The notes under the pieces were generated by a model. That model saw nothing but the letters and a program-made list of their open reading frames with translations, made no database searches and had not been told where the DNA came from. A stretch of 64,000 bases of DNA from Dehalococcoidia bacterium (lineage in GTDB: Bacteria; Chloroflexota; Dehalococcoidia; UBA2979): positions 3,072,001-3,136,000 of the forward strand of contig OZ253555.1 in assembly GCA_965262725.1 (NCBI GenBank). Direction: 5' to 3'. Positions 19,957-29,873 of the stretch are shown piece by piece. How positions within the stretch are numbered: the first letter of the stretch is position 1; each line of letters opens with the position of its first letter. Both the position numbers and the translations under genes were made by a program.

Positions 19957-21176
19957 GTGTCGCGCCCCCCGTGGCGACTCTTGGCGCGGCCACCGGCGGG
20001 GGACGGTGCGCGCAGGCTCGGGCCAGTCCCGTCCACGGCACGGTCGACGAAGTCCCGGCCCCATGCCTCGGCCACGAGCAGCGCGTCGAGGTCGTCCTCG
20101 GCGACCGGCTCGTGCGCGTCGAGCACGGCGTGAAGCAGCCGCGGAATCTCGGTGAAGCCGCAGCGGCCGCCGAGGAAGTGGGCGACCGCCGCCTCGTCGG
20201 CGCCGGAGAGGGCCGCGGCCGATCCATCCGCGCGCCGCCCCGCCTCAAGCGCCAGCGCGAGCGCCGGGAAGCGATCGTGGTCGACCGGCTCGAAGTGGAG
20301 CCGGCCGGTGCGCGCGAGATCGAGCGGCGCGACGTGCTGCGCCGGCAGTCGCTCCGGGTAGGTCAGCGCACACTGGATCGGGAGCCGCATGTTCGGCTCG
20401 CCGAGCTGTGCCTTCACCGAGCCGTCGACAAACCGCACCATCGAGTGCACGACGCTCTCGCGGTGCTGCACGATGTCGATGCGCGAGAGCGGCACGTCGA
20501 ACAGCCAGCGCGCTTCTATCGCCTCGAGTCCCTTGTTGAAGAGCGTGGCGCTGTCGACGGTCACTTTGCGCCCCATCGACCAGGTGGGGTGCTCGAGCGC
20601 CTGCTCGGGCGTCACGCGCTCGAGCTCGCCGGCCTCAAGGTCGCGGAAGGCACCGCCCGAGGCGGTCAGAGTCAGCTGCTCGACGGCCTCCGGCCGTTCC
20701 CCCCACAGGCACTGCCAGATCGCCGAGTGCTCGGAGTCGACCGGGCGGAGCTCCGCCCCGGTCGGCTCGCCCTCGGCGAGCGCGCGCCGCACCTCGGCGC
20801 CGGCCACGACGAGCACCTCCTTGTTCGCGATCGCCACCTTCTTCCCGGCCCGCAGGGCGGCGAGCGTCGGCGCGAGTCCGGCGAGCCCCGTGGTGGCTAC
20901 CAGCACGACGTCGACGTCGTCCCGCACCGCCAGCTCCTCGAGCGGGGCTAGGGACACAGCGCCGGCCCCGGGCGGCGACCACCCGTCCGGGGGCGCGTCC
21001 GCCCACACGGCGGATGGACGGTGCTCGGCGAGCTGTGCCCCCAGCTCCTCGACGTTGCTGCCACAGGCGAGCGCGGAGACGCGGAGACGGTTCGGGAGCA
21101 TACGGACGACGTCGAGGGCCTGTCGCCCGATGGAGCCCGTCGAGCCGAGGATGGCGAGACCGATTATGTCGCCCAT
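19953..21176 (-). CDS. dxr: 1-deoxy-D-xylulose 5-phosphate reductoisomerase
   Basis: LGSTGSIG, ANKE, PVDSEHSA, HPTWSMGRKVTVDSAT. Confidence 0.96.
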   Translation of the reverse strand: MGDIIGLAILGSTGSIGRQALDVVRMLPNRLRVSALACGSNVEELGAQLAEHRPSAVWADAPPDGWSPPGAGAVSLAPLEELAVRDDVDVVLVATTGLAGLAPTLAALRAGKKVAIANKEVLVVAGAEVRRALAEGEPTGAELRPVDSEHSAIWQCLWGERPEAVEQLTLTASGGAFRDLEAGELERVTPEQALEHPTWSMGRKVTVDSATLFNKGLEAIEARWLFDVPLSRIDIVQHRESVVHSMVRFVDGSVKAQLGEPNMRLPIQCALTYPERLPAQHVAPLDLARTGRLHFEPVDHDRFPALALALEAGRRADGSAAALSGADEAAVAHFLGGRCGFTEIPRLLHAVLDAHEPVAEDDLDALLVAEAWGRDFVDRAVDGTGPSLRAPSPAGGRAKSRHGGRDT

Positions 21177-21991
21177 ACCAAGAGCCAGTATAGGGTCGGA
21201 CCCGCCAGCAGAATCGAATCCATCCGGTCGAGGAGACCGCCGTGCCCCGGCAGCAGACGGGAGAAGTCCTTCCTCCCGAGGCGTCGCTTGATGGCGGAGG
21301 CGAGGAGGTCGCCGCCGTGCGCCGCGACGGGCAGGGCCAGCGCGACGGCGGCGAGTTCAGGCAGGAGGGAGGCCCCGCCGTCGCCTGCGAGATCGAGCAC
21401 CCAGGCCGCGCCGAGCGTCGCGAGGGCGCCGGCGAGGAGCCCCCCGACCGCCCCCTCCCAGGTCTTGCCGGCGGAGAGCTGCGGCGCGAGCGCGTGCCGC
21501 CCGAGCGGGCGGCCGACGGCGTAGGCCCCCGTGTCGGTCGCGAAGACGGCGGCGAGCAGGACGACCAACCACCGCTGCCCCTCCGGCTCCATCCGGAGCA
21601 GCACCACGTGCACGAGCAGGACGCCGACGTAGAGCACGCCCGCCGCCCACCAGAGCACGGACACGCGGCGGCTCGCAGGCGCCCGCAGCGCCGCCGCGAG
21701 CACGAGCACGCAGACGGCGAGCGCAGCCGCACTCGCTCCCCGATCGACCGAGGAGAGACCGGCGGCGAGGGCTGAGGAGGCGCCGGCGGCGGAGGCGATC
21801 ACCCCCGCGCCTCCGCCCGCGGCGCGCAGGAGCTCGCCGGCGCCTACCGCGGCGAGGAGCACCAGCGCGACGAGAAACGCCCGATCCGGGAGCGCCAGCA
21901 ACGCGGCGAGCGCGGGGAGTCCGATCAGCGCGACGCCGAGCCGGGCCCGGAGGGCGCCCTGAGGCGGAAATGCTGCGCGGCCTCTCTCCAC
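21164..21991 (-). CDS. cdsA: Phosphatidate cytidylyltransferase
   Basis: DTGAYAVG, SAGKTWEG, GDLLASAIKR..KDFSRLLPGHGGLLDRMDS. Confidence 0.93.
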   Translation of the reverse strand: MERGRAAFPPQGALRARLGVALIGLPALAALLALPDRAFLVALVLLAAVGAGELLRAAGGGAGVIASAAGASSALAAGLSSVDRGASAAALAVCVLVLAAALRAPASRRVSVLWWAAGVLYVGVLLVHVVLLRMEPEGQRWLVVLLAAVFATDTGAYAVGRPLGRHALAPQLSAGKTWEGAVGGLLAGALATLGAAWVLDLAGDGGASLLPELAAVALALPVAAHGGDLLASAIKRRLGRKDFSRLLPGHGGLLDRMDSILLAGPTLYWLLVWAT

Positions 21992-22017
21992 GGCGCCTCG
22001 ATCCTGCGCCGGACCGG

Positions 22018-22773
22018 CTACGCGCCGGCGGACGTGGTCAGCTCATCCGGAGCGCACGGGCTCTCCGGGACGAGGCCGAAGCGACGTCGGCGGCGGCCGT
22101 ACTCCAGAAGCGCGGCGTCGACCGCACCCGCATCGAAGTCGGGCCACAGCGTCGGGGTGAAGTAGTACTCCGCGTAGGCGGCCTGCCAGACGAGGAAGTT
22201 CGAGATGCGCCGCTCGCCGCCGGTGCGGATGAGCAGGTCGGGCTCCGGGAGGTGGGCGGTCGCGATGCGCTCCGCGATCGCCTCCTCGGTGATGTCCTCC
22301 GAGCGCACCCCGTCGTCGACGAGACTCCGCACCGCGTCCACGATGTCGGCGCGGCCGCCGTAGCTGAAGGCGACGTTGAGCACGAGGCCCGTGTTGGAGG
22401 CCGTCCGCTCGACGGCGTGCCGCACCTTGCCCCGGAGCGCCCTCGGGAGCCGCCCGATATCCCCGATGTGCGCCAGGCGCACGCCGGCCTCGTCAAGCTC
22501 CGAGAGCCTGGTGTCGATGAAGTCGGCGGCGAGGCCCAGGATCGCCTCGACCTCGACACGCGGCCGGCCCCAGTTCTCCGTCGAGAAGGCGAAGAGCGTG
22601 AGCACCGGGACGCGGTGCTGCGAGAGCCGCTCGGCGACGGTCCGGATCACGAGGGCGCCCGCGCGGTGCCCCTCCGCGCGGGCGAGACCGCGCGCTGTGG
22701 CCCAGCGGCCGTTCCCGTCCATGATGATCGCGACATGGCGCGGCACGCTCGAGAGCGCCGGGAGCGGCGGCAT
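22018..22773 (-). CDS. uppS: Undecaprenyl diphosphate synthase (start uncertain)
   Basis: PRHVAIIMDGNGRWA, FSTENWGRP, PDLLIRTGGERRISNFLVWQ. Confidence 0.94.
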   Translation of the reverse strand: MPPLPALSSVPRHVAIIMDGNGRWATARGLARAEGHRAGALVIRTVAERLSQHRVPVLTLFAFSTENWGRPRVEVEAILGLAADFIDTRLSELDEAGVRLAHIGDIGRLPRALRGKVRHAVERTASNTGLVLNVAFSYGGRADIVDAVRSLVDDGVRSEDITEEAIAERIATAHLPEPDLLIRTGGERRISNFLVWQAAYAEYYFTPTLWPDFDAGAVDAALLEYGRRRRRFGLVPESPCAPDELTTSAGA

Positions 22774-22876
22774 CTCCGCGGCGTGCGGGGCTTGCCCTGC
22801 TACCACGCGCGTCCTCCGCTTCCCAGCTGCCCGGCCCGAACGGTCCGGCCGCGCCGCCGGCTCCCCAGCGCGGCGC

Positions 22877-23434
22877 TCATACCTCCAGCAGCTCGCGCTC
22901 CTTCTCCGCCGATAGCTGCTGCAGCGCCTCGACGTGCTCCTGCGTGGTGCGCTCGAGTCGCTCGATCTCGCGGCGCTCCTCGTCCTCCGAGAGATCGCCC
23001 GCGCGGAGCTCCCTGCGCAGCCCCTCGACGGCGTGGCGCCGCACGTTGCGCACGGCAACGCGCGAGTCCTCGAGCTTCCCACCGAGCTGTCGCACCAGCT
23101 CGCGGCGGCGCTCCTCCGTGAGTGGGGGGATGGGGAGCCGGATCACGACGCCGTCCGAGGCAGGGTTGATGCCGAGATCGCTCTGCTGTATCGCGCGCAC
23201 AATCGGATCGACGGCGCCCCGGTCCCACGGCTGCACGGTGATCAGCTGCGCGTCCGGCGCCGCCAGCGTAGCGAGCTGGTTGAGCGGGAGCGTCTGGCCG
23301 TAGTGCGAGACGGGGAGGTGCTCCACGAGCGCGGTGTGGGCGCGCCCCGTGCGGATCGTCACAATCGAGCTGGCGAACGCATCGACGGCCTTGTCCATGC
23401 GCCGGGCCGCGTCGTCGAGTATCTCCTCCGACAT
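22877..23434 (-). CDS. frr: Ribosome recycling factor
   Basis: IRTGRA, PPLTEERR, VAVRNVRR. Confidence 0.95.
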   Translation of the reverse strand: MSEEILDDAARRMDKAVDAFASSIVTIRTGRAHTALVEHLPVSHYGQTLPLNQLATLAAPDAQLITVQPWDRGAVDPIVRAIQQSDLGINPASDGVVIRLPIPPLTEERRRELVRQLGGKLEDSRVAVRNVRRHAVEGLRRELRAGDLSEDEERREIERLERTTQEHVEALQQLSAEKERELLEV

Positions 23435-23551
23435 CGCCCCCTCCCCCCCGCGCGAGCCGCCCCGCCACCGATCCGTCCGGGGCCGGTGCATCTAGTCCCC
23501 CACGATAGCGCAGCCACCACCGCCGCGGCAGGCCGCCGCCCGGGGGTCCGT

Positions 23552-23587
23552 GCTAGGCGGCGGGGAGGGGCGGAGCCGCCGCCTAGC
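23552..23587 (-). terminator. 12-bp stem hairpin at the tsf stop codon
   Basis: GCTAGGCGGCGG / CCGCCGCCTAGC; no U-tract. Confidence 0.4.
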
Positions 23588-24083
23588 CGCCGAGCTCGAA
23601 GCGGGCGAAATTGGCGACGCGGATGTTCTCGCCCGTCTGCGCGACCGCCTCCCTCAGCAGCTCCCCGATGGTCTGCGAGGCGTCCTTAATGAAGGGCTGC
23701 TCTAGGAGCGCGTGCTGGGATCGATCACCCTCCACGTCCTCTGGAACGTCCTCTTCGGTCACGCCGAGCGGGTTCATCGCCGCGACCTGCATCGCGACGT
23801 CCCGCGCGAGGCGGCGGAAGGTGTCGGTCCTGGCGACGAAGTCCGTCTCGCAGTTCACCTCGACCAGCGCGCCGATGCGGCCGTCTCCATGGATGTACGC
23901 CTCGACGAGACCCTGTCCGGTGGCGCGGCCGGCGCGCTTCGTCGCAGCCGCGATGCCGCGCTCGCGCAGCAGGCGGCGCGCCGCCTCGAAGTCCCCCTCG
24001 GACTCCTCCAGCGCGCGCTTGCTGTCCATCACACCCGCGCCGGTCTCGGCGCGGAGCCTCTTCACGTCCTCCGCAGTGACCAA
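23583..24083 (-). CDS. tsf: Elongation factor Ts (short form)
   Basis: VKRLRAETGAGVMDSKRAL, EVNCETDFVA, GENIRVANFARFELG. Confidence 0.95.
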   Translation of the reverse strand: MVTAEDVKRLRAETGAGVMDSKRALEESEGDFEAARRLLRERGIAAATKRAGRATGQGLVEAYIHGDGRIGALVEVNCETDFVARTDTFRRLARDVAMQVAAMNPLGVTEEDVPEDVEGDRSQHALLEQPFIKDASQTIGELLREAVAQTGENIRVANFARFELGG

Positions 24084-24155
24084 TGCGCACTCCTCGCACA
24101 GCCGAGCGTCCTGCCCGCCACGTTCACGGATCCCGCCCGACCGGGCGGTCTCAGG

Positions 24156-24944
24156 CTAGTCCCTGGGCGCCGCGGCCTCGGGCGGGGCGGCGCCCCGCGC
24201 CTCCTCCTGGGACTCGGCGGCGGCCATTGCACGCTGCCGCGCGGCGAGTTCCTCCTCCACCTCACTGTAGGCCCGCCCCTCGAGGACGGCGTCGGCGACC
24301 CGGCCGGTGATCAGTTGAATCGCCCGGATCGCATCGTCGTTGGAGGGGACCGGGAAGTCGACGATGTCCGGATCGGCGTTGGTATCGCACATCGCGACGA
24401 CCGGAACCTTGACCCGGTTCGCCTCCTTGACGGCGATCTCCTCCATCGTCGGGTCGACGACAAAGACGATGCCCGGCGGCCGGGTGAGCCGGCGGAGGCC
24501 GCCGAAGGCGCGCTCCATGCGTGCGCGCTCCTTCTCGAGCCGGAGTCGTTGCTTCTTCGGGAGCGCCAGATCGGCCTCCGTCTCCGCCCGCTCGTCGAGC
24601 TCCTTGAGGCGCTCGATGCGCCGAGCGATCGTCTGAAAGTTCGTGAGCGTGCCGCCCAGCCAGCGCGTGTTGACGAAGGGCATGCCGCAGCGCTCGGCCT
24701 CCCGGCGCACGATCTCGCGGGACTGCTTCTTCGTGCCGACGAAGAGCACGGAGTCCCCGGCCGAGACCGACTCGCGGACCTGCGTCAGCGCCTCCTCGAG
24801 GCGGCGCACCGTCTGCGAGAGGTCGAGGATGTGGATCCCGTTGCGCTCGGTGAAGATGAACGGCCGCATCCGCGGATTCCAGCGGCGCGTCTGGTGGCCA
24901 AAGTGGACGCCCGCTTCGAGCATCTCGCGCATCGTCGTGGCCAC
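24156..24944 (-). CDS. rpsB: 30S ribosomal protein S2
   Basis: MLEAGVHFGHQTRRWNPRM, RWLGGTLTNF, PSNDDAIRAI; GGAGG RBS before GTG. Confidence 0.97.
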   Translation of the reverse strand: MATTMREMLEAGVHFGHQTRRWNPRMRPFIFTERNGIHILDLSQTVRRLEEALTQVRESVSAGDSVLFVGTKKQSREIVRREAERCGMPFVNTRWLGGTLTNFQTIARRIERLKELDERAETEADLALPKKQRLRLEKERARMERAFGGLRRLTRPPGIVFVVDPTMEEIAVKEANRVKVPVVAMCDTNADPDIVDFPVPSNDDAIRAIQLITGRVADAVLEGRAYSEVEEELAARQRAMAAAESQEEARGAAPPEAAAPRD

Positions 24945-25123
24945 GGTTCCTCCAGCGTCGGCGCCTCTCCCGGTCAAGGCCGCGCAAAACGCGGCGCCGA
25001 CCGTCGGCGCTCTCCAATTCCGATCGAATCCCCGCGCTCGGTGTCGGCGGTCGGGCATCAGGGCCGTCCGCCAGCGACGGTGCGGTGCGCGCCAGGCGCT
25101 CCCGCGAGTTCGCGGTCAGTATA
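24945..25123 (-). promoter_or_regulatory. rpsB promoter and structured leader (possible S2 autoregulatory RNA)
   Basis: TATACT -10 at 25123-25118; about 170-nt GC-rich leader with complementary ACCGTCG / CGACGGT segments. Confidence 0.4.
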
Positions 25124-25301
25124 GGGTGCCCCCGCGCGCAGCGGCCAGCGAGGTGCACGGGAGCAGACCGGCGGTCGTTGTCCCGTATGAGGCCTCCCCG
25201 TACACTACACGCCCACCTTGTCGACGGGCGTCGATGACGAGCCGCAGCCGCAGCGGTGAATGCGCTCCGATAGACGGACGCAGCCGGGGGAGGAGACGCA
25301 C

Positions 25302-25721
25302 GTGCCGCGCTACGACTTCGCCTGCGAGGCGGGACACCGCTTCGAGCTCGAACTCCCGTTCAAATCGGCGCTGGAGCAGCCGTGCACCCGCTGCGACAAG
25401 AGGGCGAGGCGCGGCTTCAACCCGCCGCTCTTCCGTTACCGGGGGATGGGCTTCTACACCACCGACACGCGCAAGAACCGCCGCAAGCCCGAGAAGGACC
25501 CAGAGTCCTCAGGGCGCAGCGAGGAGCCCCCGGAGGGCGGGTTGCCCCAGGAGAGCGAGACGAGGCACGGCGACGCGAAGGCTCCCACCGCCGGGATCGT
25601 CCGAGACTCGCCGGCGCCGCAAGCCTCGGAGAACGGCCCGGCTGGGGGCGGCGCCTCCACCACGCGACGCGGCGGCGCTCGCCGCGGCGGATCCGCGCGG
25701 CGGCGCTCGTCCGCCGACTGA
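25302..25721 (+). CDS. FmdB-family zinc-ribbon protein
   Basis: MPRYDFACEAGHRFE..CTRC..FRYRGMGFYTTD. Confidence 0.85.
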   Translation: MPRYDFACEAGHRFELELPFKSALEQPCTRCDKRARRGFNPPLFRYRGMGFYTTDTRKNRRKPEKDPESSGRSEEPPEGGLPQESETRHGDAKAPTAGIVRDSPAPQASENGPAGGGASTTRRGGARRGGSARRRSSAD

Positions 25722-25782
25722 GCCACCCTCTCGCGGCGATTCCGCTCTCGCCTCCGACACACGCGCCCGGAGAGCGACGCTA

Positions 25783-26283
25783 GTGCGAGCGGTCGTCCAG
25801 CGAGTCCGCTCCGCGAGCGTGCTCGTCGCGGGCAACGAGGTAGGCTCCATCGGCCCGGGTCTCCTCGCCTACGTCGGGGTCGCCGACGACGACGCGGAGC
25901 AGGACGCGGCGTGGATCGCGCGCAAGCTCGCGGAACTGCGGCTCTTCGAGGGAGAGGACGGGCGCCTCGACCGCTCACTCGCCGACCGGCTCCGGGCCGG
26001 CGAACCGGCGGCCGCGCTCGTCATCTCGCAGTTCACGCTCCTCGCCGACATCCGCAAAGGACGGCGCCCCTCCTTCGTCCGGGCGGCGCCCCCCGAGCGG
26101 GCCGTGCCGCTATACGAGTCCGTCGTGGACGCGCTGCGCTCCGACGGCGTCGAGGTTGCGACGGGGAGTTTCGGCGCCCGGATGCTCGTTCAGAGCGAGA
26201 ACGACGGGCCGGTCACGCTCTGGCTCGACTCGGCGCGCTCGGTGCGCCGTCCGGGCGGGTTCGGCGCCGGGCCACAGCGCTAG
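25783..26283 (+). CDS. dtd: D-aminoacyl-tRNA deacylase
   Basis: MRAVVQRV, SQFTL, GRRPSF, NDGPVT. Confidence 0.95.
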   Translation: MRAVVQRVRSASVLVAGNEVGSIGPGLLAYVGVADDDAEQDAAWIARKLAELRLFEGEDGRLDRSLADRLRAGEPAAALVISQFTLLADIRKGRRPSFVRAAPPERAVPLYESVVDALRSDGVEVATGSFGARMLVQSENDGPVTLWLDSARSVRRPGGFGAGPQR

Positions 26284-26843
26284 CCCGACGGCGGACGCTC
26301 CGCGATGGCAAGCGCCTCCCCGGAGGCGACGGCATCCTGCACGCGGTCGGCCGTGTAGTGCTCGCCGGGGTCGAGCGAGGTGTCGAGCACCACGCCCGGG
26401 ATGAGCCCCGACGCCGCCTCCCGGCCGAAGGCGGCGTGCAGGCTCTCCAGACCCCCCGGCACGGCCGCGTCGCGGCCCGCGCCGCGCGACCGCGCCACCT
26501 CCAGGGACGGAAGGAGCGTGACCGCGTGCACAGGCGCGCCCGCCCCGGCGACCGCCGCCCGGTAGGCATCGATGTCGGTTGAGAGCGCCGTGTCGTCGAT
26601 GAGGCAAGCGTAGCGGAGCGCGGAGCACTCGACGGCGATGGCCGAGGCGTTCCTGATGGCCAGCAGCCGCTGCTCGCGCGCCTGCTCATCTTGGGCCCAC
26701 GGGTGGCGGTAGCCGGCGCGGACCCAGCCGCGGAGCACGTCGACATCGACGTGGAGCATGCGGTCGAAGCGCTCGCAGAGCGCCCGGGAGACGGCGGACT
26801 TCCCGACTCCGGGCGGCCCAGTGATCAGCACGATCTGGTGCAC
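26280..26843 (-). CDS. P-loop kinase (AAA_33/phosphotransferase-like)
   Basis: LITGPPGVGKS, HVDVDVLR. Confidence 0.75.
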   Translation of the reverse strand: MHQIVLITGPPGVGKSAVSRALCERFDRMLHVDVDVLRGWVRAGYRHPWAQDEQAREQRLLAIRNASAIAVECSALRYACLIDDTALSTDIDAYRAAVAGAGAPVHAVTLLPSLEVARSRGAGRDAAVPGGLESLHAAFGREAASGLIPGVVLDTSLDPGEHYTADRVQDAVASGEALAIAERPPSG

Positions 26844-26862
26844 GGCCCACCCTCCCACGCGC

Positions 26863-27756
26863 TCACGACGACGCCGACACGCGGCCCGGCACCACATCGA
26901 GCGCCACGTCGAGCGCGGGCGCGGAGTGCGTGAGCGCCCCCGAGGAGATCAGGTGTACGCCGGAGGCGGCGACCTCGCGCACGTTCTCAAGCGTGATGCC
27001 ACCCGACGCCTCGAAGAGGACGCGCCCGTCCCCTGTGCGCTCGATGACCTCGCCCATGGCTCGGGGGTTCATGTTGTCGAGGAGGATCACGTCGGCACCA
27101 GCCGCGACCGCGGCGCGCGCACCCTCCTCGTCGGTGACCTCCACCTCCAACCGCAGCGTGTGCGGGACCGCCCTTCGCGCCTCCCGGATCAGCTCCACGA
27201 CGCTCACCCCGCGCGCCTCCCCCGCGCGCAGGTGATTGTCCTTGATGAGCACGCCGTCCTCGAGCGTGTTGCGGTGATTGAAAGCGCCCCCGACGCGGAC
27301 CGCGTAGCGCTCCAGATCGCGCAGACCGGGCGTCGTCTTGCGCGTGTCGACCACCCGCGCCGGACCACCCGCGGCCGCGCGCTCGACGAACTGCCGAGTC
27401 ACGGTCGCGATGCCCGAGAGGCGTTGCACGAAGTTGAGTGCGACGCGCTCCGCCTGGAGCAGAGGCGCGAGAGGCCCCGAGACCTCCGCGAGCGCCTCGC
27501 CCGCCTCGACGGAGGCGCCCTCGTCGACGAGCGGCACGAGGACGAGCTCATCCGAGAGCTGCGCGAAGGCCTCGCGCGCCGCCGCGAGCCCGCAGAGGAC
27601 GCCCGCCTCACGCGCGCGAAGGACGGCTCTCCCGCGCTGCCCGGCGGGCACGACGGCCTGCGTCGTGACGTCTCGCCGTGCGCGATCCTCCTCGAGGGCA
27701 CGGGCGATCGCCGAGCGCAGGGAGGCCGGATCGTAGGGCCGGACCGCTCGCTCCAT
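26863..27756 (-). CDS. nadC: Nicotinate-nucleotide diphosphorylase (carboxylating)
   Basis: DTRKTTPGLR, LIKDNH, EVEV, LLDNM, EASGGI, GALTHSA. Confidence 0.96.
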   Translation of the reverse strand: MERAVRPYDPASLRSAIARALEEDRARRDVTTQAVVPAGQRGRAVLRAREAGVLCGLAAAREAFAQLSDELVLVPLVDEGASVEAGEALAEVSGPLAPLLQAERVALNFVQRLSGIATVTRQFVERAAAGGPARVVDTRKTTPGLRDLERYAVRVGGAFNHRNTLEDGVLIKDNHLRAGEARGVSVVELIREARRAVPHTLRLEVEVTDEEGARAAVAAGADVILLDNMNPRAMGEVIERTGDGRVLFEASGGITLENVREVAASGVHLISSGALTHSAPALDVALDVVPGRVSASS

Positions 27757-27825
27757 CGCCGCCCTCCCGCGAGCCTGTGCCGCGTTCCCCGGCCGATGCC
27801 CCCGGCGGCGCCGCTCCCGTGCGTG

Positions 27826-29022
27826 CTAAGCTAGGGCGAGCATGCGCTGGAGCGCGCGGCGCGCGTGCTCCTTCTGCTGCTCCGGCACCTCGATCCGGTT
27901 CACGACGCGCCCCTCCGCGAGCTCCTCCATCACCCACGCGACGTAGGCCGGATGCACGCGGTACATCGTGCTGCACGGACAGACGACGGGGTCGAGGCAG
28001 AAGACGGTCTTGTCCGGGTTCTCGTTGGCGAGCCGGGAGACGAGGTTGATCTCGGTCCCGACGCCGATCACGGAGCCCGCGGGGGACTCCTCGACGTAGC
28101 GCACGATGTAGGCGGTGGAGCCGACGGCGTCGGCTGCGCGTACCACCTCGGCGCGGCACTCGGGGTGCACCACCACGCGCACGCCGGGATGCTGCTCGCG
28201 GGCGCGCTCCACCTGCGTGAGCGAGAAGCGCTGGTGCACGGAGCAGTGGCCCTCCCAGAGGATGACGCGAGACCGGCGAAGTTCCGTCGCGGAGAGGCCG
28301 CCCCGGCTCCCCGGGGGGAGTCGCCAGTTCCACAGCGCCATGTCCCCCTCCGGTATCCCCATCGCGTGCGCGGTGTTGCGGCCGAGGTGCTGGTCCGGGA
28401 AGAAGAAGACGCGACGCCCGCGCTCGAGCGCCCAGGCGAGCACGTTTCCGGCGTTCGAGGAGGTGCAAACGATACCGCCGTGCTCGCCACAGAAGGCCTT
28501 GAGCGCGGCGGCGGAGTTCATGTAGGTGACGGGGACGATCCCCGCGGTGCCGCCGAACTCCTCCGAGAGCTCCCGCCAGGCGCCGAGCACGTCCGGCTGC
28601 GCCGCCATGTCCGCCATCGAGCAGCCGGCCGCGAGGTTCGGCAACACGACCTGCTGGTGGGGGGCGGAGAGGATGTCGGCTGCCTCCGCCATGAAGTGCA
28701 CGCCGCAGAAGACGATGTACTCCGACGCCGGGTGCGAGGCGGCGTAGCGCGCGAGATCGAAGGAGTCGCCGCGCCGGTCCGCGAACTGGATCACGTCCTC
28801 GCGCTGGTAGTGGTGGCCGAGCACGACCGCCCGCTGGCCGAGCACCGCGCGCGCAGCGCGCACGCGCTCCACGAGCTCCGCGCCGCCGAGGCCGTGGTAG
28901 CGCTCGGGGATGTCTATCTGCCAGCTCGCGAAGGCGCCCTCGCTCGCGAGCGGGACGGTGGCGATGCCGACGTCGGACTCGCACTGCAACTGCGGCAGCG
29001 GCGGCGTCGCCATCATCGTCAT
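27826..29022 (-). CDS. nadA: Quinolinate synthase A
   Basis: GHHYQR, FCGVHFMAE, AGCSMADM, CTSSNA, PDQHLGRN, CSVH, HPEC, CSTM. Confidence 0.96.
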   Translation of the reverse strand: MTMMATPPLPQLQCESDVGIATVPLASEGAFASWQIDIPERYHGLGGAELVERVRAARAVLGQRAVVLGHHYQREDVIQFADRRGDSFDLARYAASHPASEYIVFCGVHFMAEAADILSAPHQQVVLPNLAAGCSMADMAAQPDVLGAWRELSEEFGGTAGIVPVTYMNSAAALKAFCGEHGGIVCTSSNAGNVLAWALERGRRVFFFPDQHLGRNTAHAMGIPEGDMALWNWRLPPGSRGGLSATELRRSRVILWEGHCSVHQRFSLTQVERAREQHPGVRVVVHPECRAEVVRAADAVGSTAYIVRYVEESPAGSVIGVGTEINLVSRLANENPDKTVFCLDPVVCPCSTMYRVHPAYVAWVMEELAEGRVVNRIEVPEQQKEHARRALQRMLALA

Positions 29023-29076
29023 CCCGCCATCCCCACCCCGCCAGCCACTCGCTTCGCCGATCGTCCCTTGATGCCT

Positions 29077-29099
29077 CTTCGTGTACCTGATACACAAAG
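29077..29099. promoter_or_regulatory. Putative NrtR operator
   Basis: Palindrome CTTCGTGTA-cctga-TACACAAAG between nrtR and nadA. Confidence 0.7.
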
Positions 29100-29169
29100 C
29101 GATGAGGCTAGATGGTACGGCGCGGGCGCCCCGACGGTCAACGCTCCCCGGGCGTGGGCAACTGGCCGC

Positions 29170-29865
29170 CTACAGGAAGACGGGCTCGCGCGTGGTGAAG
29201 CGATAGAGGCGGGCGGGTCGGTGGGCGCCGCGCCGGCGCAGCTCGCCGGTCGGCTCGATGATGCCGGCGCCGAGCATGCGCTTGCGGAAATTGCGGCGAT
29301 CGAGCGAGCGGCCGGCGATCGCCTCATAGATGCCTTGGAGCTCGGGCAGCGTGAACTCCTCCGGCAGCAGCCCGTACGCCACGTTCGTGTACTCGAGTTT
29401 CGCCCGGACGCGCGAGACGGCCTGCGCGATCACCTCCTCGTTTCGGAAGGCGAGATCGGGGAGCGTATCCACGCCGTGCCAGTCGGGCCGCCACGTCTCG
29501 CCGCTACGCAGCCTGACCGTTCCCGCCTCGACCAGCGCGACGTAGCAGACGGCGACGGCCGCCGGCTGCGTCGCGTCGAGGCCGGAGGTCGTGAAGAGCT
29601 GCTCCAGATAGAGGTCGGTCGCGCCGGTCTCGTCGACGAGCTTGCGCTGCGCGGCCCCCTCCAGCGTCTCGGTGCCGTCCCAGCGCCCGCCGGGGAGTGC
29701 CCAGCTCCCGCCCGCGGGTGGCGCGGATCGCCTGACGAGCAGGACGCGCAGCCGCCCGTCGCGCACGGTGAAAATGACGACGATCGTCGCCACGAGGGCG
29801 TGGACGCCCGGGCCGCCCGACCGCTCATCCGCGATCGGCCCCGGGTGCACGGCGCCGCCGTCCAC
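29170..29865 (-). CDS. nrtR: NrtR-family regulator (Nudix + wHTH)
   Basis: WALPGG, YLEQLFT, LAF, LLPEEFTLPELQ..DRRNFRKR..HRPARLY; adjacent to nadA-nadC. Confidence 0.9.
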   Translation of the reverse strand: MDGGAVHPGPIADERSGGPGVHALVATIVVIFTVRDGRLRVLLVRRSAPPAGGSWALPGGRWDGTETLEGAAQRKLVDETGATDLYLEQLFTTSGLDATQPAAVAVCYVALVEAGTVRLRSGETWRPDWHGVDTLPDLAFRNEEVIAQAVSRVRAKLEYTNVAYGLLPEEFTLPELQGIYEAIAGRSLDRRNFRKRMLGAGIIEPTGELRRRGAHRPARLYRFTTREPVFL

Positions 29866-29873
29866 GACGCCGC

